A stretch of 64,000 nt of DNA. Origin: Clostridia bacterium (lineage in GTDB: Bacteria > Bacillota > Clostridia > Oscillospirales > UBA644). Made by a program: the position numbers and the translations under genes. This document shows positions 16,747 through 24,660 of this stretch, piece by piece. Where the stretch lies: assembly GCA_017427285.1 (NCBI GenBank), contig JAFRTE010000031.1:64117-128116 (forward strand), read 5' to 3'. The number at the start of each line of letters is the position of its first letter. Positions within the stretch are counted from its first letter, which is position 1. The notes under the pieces were generated by a model. The model made no database searches, was not told the DNA's origin, and saw only the letters and a list, made by a program, of their open reading frames with translations.

Positions 16747-17853
16747 TTATGCAGTAGGCAGGTCACAATAAGCGGCGCGGAACGAGATGTACGTGTACGT
16801 GCTCGAGCGGGAGTAGTAGCCGAGCGCGTAGAACACGCCGGCGGCCGACGAGTAGTAGTAGTAGCCGCCACAGTGGAACGACCGCTCTGCTGCGCTGTTG
16901 TCGAAGTACACATAGTCACCGCCGAGCGCACCGGCAGTGATGTCGTCCGGCCTATAGAAGCCGAGCGCCTGAAGAATGTGCTTCGCTGCGTCGCAGACAG
17001 AGGCATCGAGTTCAACGCTTTCGAGCGTAGCGTAAATCTGCCCGGGCGTCGCCATGGAAATTGCGCCAGTCACCCATGTAAGCTTGTTGCTGATCTTGTC
17101 GATCTTCAAGCTGTTCTGTGTTGTGCCGCTTCCGTTCGGCGTGATGAGCTCGCCGGTCGTACCGTCGATCGCATACCACAGGGCAGAAGAAGCCCCCTGG
17201 CTGTTATCGGGATCAGCCGCGGAGTTTTCAAAGGCTCCGTTACTGGAAAGCACCTGAAGCTCGCCGTAAACGGTGCGCACACCGCCGACCCATTCATAGC
17301 CGTTGCCGTTCAGATCCCAGATGCCGTCCTGCTGACCATTATGCGACCATGTAAGAGGACCGGTGCCGCCCGCGACGTGCAGAGTTTTGCCCTCCCCATC
17401 CTTTGTCATCGGAATCGCCTGATATACGGTTTCGGAATGATCCTTGCCATAGTTGTTATTGCCTTTCGGGAGGGTGCCGTTTTTCAGGCACCAGAGAGCG
17501 ACAGCCATCCACTCAAGGCGCGTTGTCAGATGCCATCCTTCGCCCTTCGCGGTGCATCTTGCGATGGAATTGTCGAGGTTGATATTGTTCGCGTAATCCT
17601 GCCCGGGGAGAGAATATGCGCGGCTGTTCTGAACGATGTTCATGTACTTGGAGAAGTAGATCGCATCGACCTCATGCCCGTTGATCTTGAATGCCGGGAA
17701 AACATCGGTCGAAGTGCCGATGCCGACGTCTGCCCATGTGAATTTCGGGATCTTTACCATGACAGAGGGCATGTTCTTGTCATCGTATTTCAGTTCGTTG
17801 CTTGCTCCGCAAGCGACCTGCAAAGCGAGGTTTGCAACATCGAAGTTACTCAT
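16747..17853 (-). CDS. DGR target: distal tail / receptor-binding protein with C-type-lectin (FGE-sulfatase-like) variable C-terminus
   Basis: 368 aa with a GEGWHLTTRLEWMAVALW motif. The C-terminal VR encodes HCGGYYYYSSAAGVFYALGYYSRSSTYTYISFRAAY, against NCGGNYNNTSNAGVFYANGNNSRTNTNTNISFRAAY in the TR. Confidence 0.85.
   Translation of the reverse strand: MSNFDVANLALQVACGASNELKYDDKNMPSVMVKIPKFTWADVGIGTSTDVFPAFKINGHEVDAIYFSKYMNIVQNSRAYSLPGQDYANNINLDNSIARCTAKGEGWHLTTRLEWMAVALWCLKNGTLPKGNNNYGKDHSETVYQAIPMTKDGEGKTLHVAGGTGPLTWSHNGQQDGIWDLNGNGYEWVGGVRTVYGELQVLSSNGAFENSAADPDNSQGASSALWYAIDGTTGELITPNGSGTTQNSLKIDKISNKLTWVTGAISMATPGQIYATLESVELDASVCDAAKHILQALGFYRPDDITAGALGGDYVYFDNSAAERSFHCGGYYYYSSAAGVFYALGYYSRSSTYTYISFRAAYCDLPTA
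16769..16885 (-). repeat. DGR variable repeat (VR)
   Basis: This is the 3' end of CDS 16747..17853. See the TR entry. Confidence 0.9.
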
Positions 17854-17870
17854 TGTGTTTTGCTCCTTTC

Positions 17871-18191
17871 TTATTCAATCGCCCAAAGGGTGAGAGTTAC
17901 TTTGTCCATGTCGAGGGGCACGGGAACGAGCGTCGGCTCATCGCCTTCGCCGTCTTCCTCGGTGTACGACCGGGCGGGAATGTCGATCTCAGCGACATAC
18001 GCTCTTCCGGCCGCAGCGCCAATCACGAGATCGCCGTCAGCATCGAAGCAGACGTCGATATGAACGGGATCGTCTTCCTCGCGCTTGGCAAGGTTGATCG
18101 TCAGATCGTCGTCAAAGCAGATTTTCTTGCCGGTGACTTCGTATTCGATCTTCGGTCCTTCGTTTTTGTTGATGATAATCATTTGCTCCAT
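17871..18191 (-). CDS. hypothetical tail-fibre module protein
   Basis: 106 aa, acidic. An alternative ATG at 18182 forms an ATGA overlap with the upstream stop. Confidence 0.5.
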   Translation of the reverse strand: MEQMIIINKNEGPKIEYEVTGKKICFDDDLTINLAKREEDDPVHIDVCFDADGDLVIGAAAGRAYVAEIDIPARSYTEEDGEGDEPTLVPVPLDMDKVTLTLWAIE

Positions 18192-18706
18192 CCTCCTATC
18201 ACTTTGTAGCTGATTGTTGCGCTCGCCGCGCTTCCGGTGTATTCGACCTTGAATCCGTTGACGAGCTGATCGCTGACGATGATCTCGCCGACGTTACCGC
18301 TTGCCGCAGTGACTTCTACCACAACGACATAGTTTCCGGTGTCTCTGTTGGTGGAAAGCGCCACGGTCTGCTTGGAATTGTTAAAGGGGTATTTTGATGT
18401 GTTCGTGAGCGTGACCGTCCCCGTCTCGGTCGCGTACAGTTCGTCGATATGCGCCTCGGCCGCATCCAGTCTCTTGTCTGCGGTTTCTTTGTTGTGCCGG
18501 GCGAAATCGAGCAGAATGTAGATCGCTTCCTCGTTTGCCGTCAATCCTTCCTCGATCGAGTTGAAATGTGCGGCGTCCTGGAAAGTACCCTGCTGCATGA
18601 CGGTACCGTACGGAGTGATCGTGTAGATATCGTCATGATCGGCAATCACGGTAAATTTGTTTGTTTCACTGAGTACGTGATCAACCCAGTATGTTCTGTT
18701 ACGCAT
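18179..18706 (-). CDS. tail fibre / baseplate-distal protein
   Basis: 175 aa, assigned by position after the gpI-like genes. TAATG coupling to the upstream gene. Confidence 0.5.
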   Translation of the reverse strand: MRNRTYWVDHVLSETNKFTVIADHDDIYTITPYGTVMQQGTFQDAAHFNSIEEGLTANEEAIYILLDFARHNKETADKRLDAAEAHIDELYATETGTVTLTNTSKYPFNNSKQTVALSTNRDTGNYVVVVEVTAASGNVGEIIVSDQLVNGFKVEYTGSAASATISYKVIGGWSK

Positions 18707-19014
18707 TATTCAGACCCCTCCATTAGCGTGAAATCAAACCAGTACAGAACGCCCGTCTGCCCTTGGTCGAGTGTGATGCTTACATCCTGATGCGCCCACA
18801 GCTCGCTCGCGTTACTGTAGAGTTCTACGCGATTGATTGTGACAGCATTGCTCGGGACAATAGATGCCTGTATGCGGACTACCCCCGATGGGAGGATCTG
18901 CACGTCACTGATCGGTACCTTCGTATAGCTTGTGCCTACGCGGTACTTGAGAAAACCGACGCGCCGTTTGACATAGCTGCGCAAATCGCTTAATGCTGCT
19001 GTATCAAGTGCCAT
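18706..19014 (-). CDS. hypothetical tail protein
   Basis: Start moved to the ATG at 19014 (AAGGAAGG SD), giving 102 aa. Confidence 0.5.
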   Translation of the reverse strand: MALDTAALSDLRSYVKRRVGFLKYRVGTSYTKVPISDVQILPSGVVRIQASIVPSNAVTINRVELYSNASELWAHQDVSITLDQGQTGVLYWFDFTLMEGSE

Positions 19015-19027
19015 TTCTACCTTCCTT

Positions 19028-19564
19028 TCATATAAGGGAGCCGGGCGATGTGCCGCACGCACGGGCGTGATATGCCGCGGCATCTCCCATTGTTCCCAAG
19101 TTTATATTGCCACTCCGCGCTATGCCGGAAACGGCTTCGCTCGGAATAGTGCCGGTGTCTTTTGTGCCTGCGAGAGCAGCCACAAATTCGGCGCCGTCTG
19201 CGCCGAGAGTGATTGTGATGATTTCGTCTTCGATTCTGCCCTTTACCGCTTCTTCCGGGATTACGCCGCAGCACCGAATGGAATAGATGACGAAGCCGGA
19301 CTGTTCAGATACCGTTGCGATCTCTTCCGAATGAAGGATGATCGCGCCACTTTCGAGCAGAGACCTGACCGGTCTGATACTGTCGATGACGCGCATCAGC
19401 GTCCGGAGAGAAGCGCCGACAGACGAGGCTTCAAGCGTAATGCGGAAATAATACGGATCACCGCCGTATTCGGTCCATTCCTCGACCTTTGCGTTCCGGC
19501 AAAGCATGTTGAGAGCGTACTGCAAAGCGGCTTTTGTGCCGAATTTGGAAATATCCATTTGCAT
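19028..19564 (-). CDS. tail protein I-like paralog (short form)
   Basis: 178 aa. EEWTEYGGDPYYFRI...IRPVRSLLE parallels QEWFEYGGDPYYFKI...VKPTRAVLE of the upstream gene. Confidence 0.6.
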   Translation of the reverse strand: MQMDISKFGTKAALQYALNMLCRNAKVEEWTEYGGDPYYFRITLEASSVGASLRTLMRVIDSIRPVRSLLESGAIILHSEEIATVSEQSGFVIYSIRCCGVIPEEAVKGRIEDEIITITLGADGAEFVAALAGTKDTGTIPSEAVSGIARSGNINLGTMGDAAAYHARACGTSPGSLI

Positions 19565-19571
19565 CCCCCTC

Positions 19572-20264
19572 TCACACGATGGAGCCGAGAGGCGTCCCGC
19601 ACATTCTCACGCTGTATTCCGTAGACGATCCGACAGATTCAAGACTGATAAATCCGTTTTCATCCTCGCCCTGCATTGCCTGTTTGGGATAGGTACCGCA
19701 GAGCCGGGGATTGAAGAACACATACCCGCCGTTTACCGATACGGCTATGACGTTCCGGGAACGATATATCACGTTCTGATCTTCGAGGACTGCGCGTGTC
19801 GGCTTGACCGCTCTCGCGACTCGAACGAGATCGCTTTGCGAAATAGGCGTTGTCTGCTCGGTGACGTCGCAGACGATTTTGAAGTAGTACGGATCACCGC
19901 CATACTCAAACCATTCCTGCACGTCGGAGCCGGGACAGATCGCCGAGAGTGCAAAGACAATCGCGGACTTGGTGCCGAGATGCCGATGCACCATGAACTG
20001 AGCCGCAATTTGTTCCCGCTTGGCTTCCAGCGATGTGTCAGGTAAATACCAGTCTACCTTGTAGTCCTTTGCAAGAATATCAAGCAGTTCCTCCGGTAAA
20101 GAGGAAATGTTCGCATAGATTGCAAGCAGTCGATTTTCCGAAAACAGCGTTTCGAGTTCGTCCGCAATCGCCGAAGCAAGAGCGTATAGGTTTTTGCTCG
20201 AAGCAAGAGCAGAAGGAAAGACGCGCAGCAGATTTTCCGCGGTCAGCCCTTTACTCATCTTCAA
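19572..20264 (-). CDS. baseplate/tail protein I (P2 gpI-like)
   Basis: 230 aa, downstream of the J-like gene, with the conserved WYLPDTSLEAKR...HRHLGT segment. Confidence 0.65.
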   Translation of the reverse strand: MKMSKGLTAENLLRVFPSALASSKNLYALASAIADELETLFSENRLLAIYANISSLPEELLDILAKDYKVDWYLPDTSLEAKREQIAAQFMVHRHLGTKSAIVFALSAICPGSDVQEWFEYGGDPYYFKIVCDVTEQTTPISQSDLVRVARAVKPTRAVLEDQNVIYRSRNVIAVSVNGGYVFFNPRLCGTYPKQAMQGEDENGFISLESVGSSTEYSVRMCGTPLGSIV

Positions 20265-21636
20265 AGCCTCCGTTCACAACGCTTATAGTGCCGATTTGAG
20301 CGACTTGCGGAACGGTATGGTCGTCACCATTCCGAAGTTCTGTAAACGCCGGAGAGACGATTGCAACGCGCTTTACGCCGGTGTCTTTCAGCAACCATTC
20401 AAGATATGACGGATTGATGTCGCGCCCGATCTTTCCGGACTGCCATGCGACGAATTCGTTGACCGCCGCCGTGACGTCCGCCTGAATGTCCGCGAGCGAT
20501 TTTGTCGAGTTGCGGTCGATCCAGTATGTCAGGTTGATGTTGTAGCTCACCGTCTCCGCGTCTTCGACGGCAACGAAGTCCGTCAGCGGTCGCACGGTGT
20601 CCTGATTGCACGCGTCTCTGATCGCCGCCTTTACGGTCGCGTCCGCGAGCGTTCCGTCGTTCATCAGCGCGTACAGATAGACATATCCCGCTTTGATGCA
20701 TTCGATCGTGATATGCACCGTGTTCAGAGCGGCGAGAGCGCCGTCCGACTTGATCTCGATGTTCAGAAGCTGATCGTCGTAGATGTACGAATAGTCGATG
20801 CCGTGAATCGCTGGCTCCGATGTGCTGTTCTCTCTGACTTCGAGACTGTCCGGAAGGAGATGTTCTCCCGCAATGAACGCGTGCTTGTACCCGTCCGAAT
20901 CCGTGTAGAGAGGAACGGTCTGGACATCCGTCAGCCGCGGCTGTATCGGTTTCACGTCCGCGATATTCGCCGATACGGTCTTCGCCCAGTAGATATAGGC
21001 GCCTACCGGTCCGGCCGTACTGTAGGAGTCCAAACCCTCTCGCATGAGTTCGTAATACTGCTCGTCGGTAGCCTCATTCGCGCCGCCGGAAGCGGTGTCA
21101 ATGTTTGCGCACGATGAGAAGTAGAGGATGTTGTCGACGTCGACCAGCGTATTGATCTGCCCGGCAACATATCCGTTTCCGATGTCACCGGCAGTCTCAC
21201 ACTGCACCATAACGTCGGCATACAAAGAGCCGATCGGGATGACGGCGTCTTCCGTCGTGTACCAGATCAGATCGCCGGACGCATCCGTTACTCTCGTTCC
21301 CTGCGGAATGGCGATAGAAGTTGACTGCGCCGCGGAGATGTTGAAGCGTACCGTGCATTTGCTCGGCTGCGCCGCCAGACGCTTGATGTCGTAGATCCAT
21401 TCGCCGAGCGCATCGAGGTTTTCGCCTTCCGCTCTGCTTGGAAGATTCTGATTGCCGACATAGTTCTGATCGACGCGCTCCTGCACGATGACGCTTGCCA
21501 CCCATGAGATAAAGAGTCTGTCCGGATCAGCAGGTCTCAGCGTTCTGCCGGTCATGTTTTCATACGCCGATACGAGACGCGCCACAACAGCGTCGCTGTC
21601 CGTATCGACAAACTTATAAAATGTGTCTCGGCTCAT
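20251..21636 (-). CDS. baseplate J-like protein
   Basis: 461 aa. Assigned by size and position after the gp25/W-like gene and by gpJ-family-like sequence. Confidence 0.7.
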   Translation of the reverse strand: MSRDTFYKFVDTDSDAVVARLVSAYENMTGRTLRPADPDRLFISWVASVIVQERVDQNYVGNQNLPSRAEGENLDALGEWIYDIKRLAAQPSKCTVRFNISAAQSTSIAIPQGTRVTDASGDLIWYTTEDAVIPIGSLYADVMVQCETAGDIGNGYVAGQINTLVDVDNILYFSSCANIDTASGGANEATDEQYYELMREGLDSYSTAGPVGAYIYWAKTVSANIADVKPIQPRLTDVQTVPLYTDSDGYKHAFIAGEHLLPDSLEVRENSTSEPAIHGIDYSYIYDDQLLNIEIKSDGALAALNTVHITIECIKAGYVYLYALMNDGTLADATVKAAIRDACNQDTVRPLTDFVAVEDAETVSYNINLTYWIDRNSTKSLADIQADVTAAVNEFVAWQSGKIGRDINPSYLEWLLKDTGVKRVAIVSPAFTELRNGDDHTVPQVAQIGTISVVNGGFEDE

Positions 21637-21941
21637 ATTCCAACCTCCACCTTCACACTTATTTTTGCGCCGTATGCGGACGGTGTATAGGCAACATCCA
21701 CAAACTGGGCGCGAGGCTCAAATTCGGCAATCGCCTCGCGAATCTCCGCGGCTGAGATAGTCTCAGCTGCAAGGAGCGGCTTATCGACGAATGCCATCTG
21801 TAAGCCGAAATGCCGATACATCGGCACGGTTTTCTTTCGTGTTGCAAGGATGAGATATACATTCTGCAGCACGGATTTTAATGTGTCTTTCTCGCCGAGC
21901 GTGAGCTGAGGCGGATTGTCCGTTGATACCGTGTAAACCAT
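21633..21941 (-). CDS. baseplate wedge protein (GPW/gp25-like)
   Basis: Start moved to the ATG at 21941, giving 102 aa. LKSVLQNVYLILATRKKTVPMYRHFG...IAEFEPRA. Confidence 0.65.
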   Translation of the reverse strand: MVYTVSTDNPPQLTLGEKDTLKSVLQNVYLILATRKKTVPMYRHFGLQMAFVDKPLLAAETISAAEIREAIAEFEPRAQFVDVAYTPSAYGAKISVKVEVGI

Positions 21942-21945
21942 ATCG

Positions 21946-22344
21946 TCATCCTTTCGTATATTCTGTAAGCGTGACCGTGATATCCACGCCGACAAGGTTT
22001 CCCACCTTGTCATAGTGTTCGAGGCTTGTCTTGTGCTTCTTCACGAGCCACCTGTATTTCCCGTAGCCCTTCTTTCCGATCGTCAGCGGCACCGCAGTCC
22101 CGCCGCGCTCGTAGTCAAAGAGTTTCGATATGTCTGTGAGAGGATCGGAGCCGAGAAATTGTGAAATCCTGATCTTGAATTCGAACGAATCAGGATCAAC
22201 GCCTACAAATTCCTGCAGAGCATTGTCAAGATGCCGTTGGTGCGTGGCAATCGAAGCCGACCCGCTCCATGTCGCATCCCGAATCGTTTTCATCTCTTTG
22301 TCCGATACTTCAAAGACGATATCTCCGAGGCATCCTATTTTCAT
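21946..22344 (-). CDS. tail protein, P2 gpU-like (tentative)
   Basis: 132 aa. FEVSDKEMKTIRD...GSASIATHQRH pattern. Confidence 0.45.
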   Translation of the reverse strand: MKIGCLGDIVFEVSDKEMKTIRDATWSGSASIATHQRHLDNALQEFVGVDPDSFEFKIRISQFLGSDPLTDISKLFDYERGGTAVPLTIGKKGYGKYRWLVKKHKTSLEHYDKVGNLVGVDITVTLTEYTKG

Positions 22345-22628
22345 TTGATCGCCCCCAATACATACCCGTCACTGTTGAAGCCTTCTGTGTAGAGACAAAG
22401 GACTGTATCTCCGATTTCCGGCATCCATTCAATGACATTGATTTCGTGTAAATGTTCGGCGAACGCTTCCTCGCCTTCGCCTCCGGACGTTTTCTCCGTC
22501 TTCGGGATATACGGCGGGCGATAGATGACTTTCAGCCATCCAGATATGATGTCGACGTCCGGGAAATGGACTCTTGCGGTCCTCTCGTTTTTGTTGACAT
22601 CCGATACCGTTCCAACTCTTACATCCAT
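22341..22628 (-). CDS. baseplate spike/assembly protein V-like
   Basis: 95 aa. GTVSDVN...ARVHFPD...SGWLKV...PEIGDTVLCLY...GYVLGAI. Confidence 0.65.
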   Translation of the reverse strand: MDVRVGTVSDVNKNERTARVHFPDVDIISGWLKVIYRPPYIPKTEKTSGGEGEEAFAEHLHEINVIEWMPEIGDTVLCLYTEGFNSDGYVLGAIK

Positions 22629-22639
22629 ATCACCACCCC

Positions 22640-24454
22640 TTATATCTTATGGACGTCCGTAGCCCATACGCGCCCGGTATATACGTTCTTCGTGGGCTCC
22701 GTGCTGACAAGCAGCACCTTGCCGCCCTGTTCGACCCTGCGCACATAGAGCACCGCGGACGGCACCCAGGACGCCATGTGTACGCCGTTATAGTAGGTAT
22801 TCACGCCGACGTTGCACATCACGCGGTCGCCTTCCGAGAAGTCTGTGTCTGCCGCTTTATCGTCACCGGATGACGTGGAGGAAACATTTGCAGCGAGCGC
22901 GGTCCGAAGTGTTATTTGCGTGGTATACCCACCGGTATCGACCTTGTGCTTCGCCTGCTTGATAATGTATTTTCCACTCCACGCGCCCCATCCGGAGAGA
23001 GAAACGACACAGCCGGCAAGCAGTTTCGGATTGCCGGGAAAGGTGAACGTCGCCTCAAGCTCATACTTATTGTGGAGCCGCAACATTTTCTCCGCGAGAT
23101 TCTTCGCCTCGGAAACGCTCGACACCTTCTGATAGATCTTCAGGCATTGATTGTTCTCTTTCTTCTCGTCGTAGTCCTCGATATATGCCGTTGCCGAAAT
23201 GACGGTTCCGCTCGGTGTGGTGTAGCTCACGCGGCAGCTCGTGTAGGTATCGTTTTCGCCGGTTGAGAGTTTATACTTTGTATATCCGCTCCCGCGCTTG
23301 ATCGTCAGCACTTCCGACTTCTTCTCGTAGGTCGCCTGGTCGAAAATGATGATGATGTTATTCGATACTTTCAGAGAGCACCCCGCGTCGTGACAGAGTT
23401 TTTGCAAAAATGCGATGTCGCTTGTCTTGTACTGTTCCACCCGTTTATAGGACGGATTCGCGCTCGACAGATACATACACGTCATTCCATTCTTTGAGGC
23501 GATTTCGTCGCCGATCCCGGATAACGTGTAGCTCTCCCACGATTTACTTTTCGCAGTCTGTCTCACGGTGCTGCTGTACGGAAGCGACGTGCCTTTTATC
23601 GTGACGGTGTTCGGTGGTCCCTGTGCTACCACGGAATCAAGCTCAAACTGCCCGCATTCAAGTGTATCGTCCTTTCCGTCGCCGTTCCAGTTCTGTCTGA
23701 CAATGACCGCCTGAATCCGCAATCCTTTTTCGGCTCCGCTCGTGCTCGGTGCGCTTGGTGACGCGCCTGCTTTTTGCACTTGGCTCGTTGAAAACCACCC
23801 GAGATATCCGACGCAGATCGGATATGGTACCCCGGATTTCAGATTCAGATGTGTGATCTTGCCCTTGTAGTTCGTCACGTTCGCGCCGGGCGTTCCTTCG
23901 CCGTAGCTCGTGTACTGCGGTCTGCCGGACGCGATGACTTCATCGCCGATCGCCCACGACCCGGATGATCCGGACGATGTAGACGAGCCGGAAGATCCTC
24001 CGCTGTATATCGCTTGGAGATACGACGACCTGCAGTAGGCGTTTTTCCCTGAATACATGAAGTTCGCCCATCCACCCGATATTGAATTGACCGTGATCAC
24101 CGTCCCGTAGGCAAGGGTGCCGTACTGGTAATATTGATCCCCGGCACGGCTTCGGACGGCAAGACCGCCCTGCGCCGTGACCTTATATCCCGTGATGACC
24201 GGCTCCGCGTTCTGCTCCGCTTCGACCTTCTTCTGCGCAGACGATTCCGCTGACGCTTGAATCGCGGTATTCAGCCACTTTTCAACCCAGATGCCTTCCC
24301 GGTCGTGAAGCTTGAATTGCAGATCATCCGTTTCGTCTTCCTCGTTGTCCGTGTAGGTCATCGAGATAAGATACTTTTGCAGGGATGAAGTGATATCCAC
24401 CCCTGCAAAAAACGCTTGTATTGCGGTGCGGCGAGCCATATTGATATCGCTCAT
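22640..24454 (-). CDS. baseplate hub / late-control-D-like tail protein with inserted SH3-like wall-binding modules
   Basis: Start at the ATG at 24454 (ATGA overlap with the gpX-like stop), giving 604 aa. It has SH3-like segments and a C-terminal module homologous to the endolysin C-terminus. Confidence 0.65.
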   Translation of the reverse strand: MSDINMARRTAIQAFFAGVDITSSLQKYLISMTYTDNEEDETDDLQFKLHDREGIWVEKWLNTAIQASAESSAQKKVEAEQNAEPVITGYKVTAQGGLAVRSRAGDQYYQYGTLAYGTVITVNSISGGWANFMYSGKNAYCRSSYLQAIYSGGSSGSSTSSGSSGSWAIGDEVIASGRPQYTSYGEGTPGANVTNYKGKITHLNLKSGVPYPICVGYLGWFSTSQVQKAGASPSAPSTSGAEKGLRIQAVIVRQNWNGDGKDDTLECGQFELDSVVAQGPPNTVTIKGTSLPYSSTVRQTAKSKSWESYTLSGIGDEIASKNGMTCMYLSSANPSYKRVEQYKTSDIAFLQKLCHDAGCSLKVSNNIIIIFDQATYEKKSEVLTIKRGSGYTKYKLSTGENDTYTSCRVSYTTPSGTVISATAYIEDYDEKKENNQCLKIYQKVSSVSEAKNLAEKMLRLHNKYELEATFTFPGNPKLLAGCVVSLSGWGAWSGKYIIKQAKHKVDTGGYTTQITLRTALAANVSSTSSGDDKAADTDFSEGDRVMCNVGVNTYYNGVHMASWVPSAVLYVRRVEQGGKVLLVSTEPTKNVYTGRVWATDVHKI

Positions 24455-24660
24455 CCGCTCACCCTCTTCCACGGCGGGAGATCCGTTTCGGTAACCGCCT
24501 CTGAAACGTCAGGTAATTCCAGTTCGACGCCGGACGAAAAGATGAATGTGTCGATATGCTTGGTGTTTGCCTCCATCAATGCGTCGGTGTGCTTGACGTC
24601 ACCGAGTTCGGAATGCGCGATTGAATCCCACATATCGCCTTGTTTCGTGATATATGTCAT
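24451..24660 (-). CDS. tail protein X-like (LysM-like)
   Basis: 69 aa. YITKQGDMWDSIAH pattern, directly after the tape measure gene. Confidence 0.65.
   Translation of the reverse strand: MTYITKQGDMWDSIAHSELGDVKHTDALMEANTKHIDTFIFSSGVELELPDVSEAVTETDLPPWKRVSG

Larger units (their letters stand above)
14847..17853 (-). other. diversity-generating retroelement cassette (target-VR, avd, TR, RT)
   Basis: See the component features. The order target / avd / TR / RT is the BPP-1-type order. Confidence 0.9.

Noticed and set aside
16873-18063. 396-aa plus-strand ORF across the DGR target gene.
   Set aside because: It is antisense to 16747..17853 and 17871..18191, which have clear family features. It is a shadow ORF.
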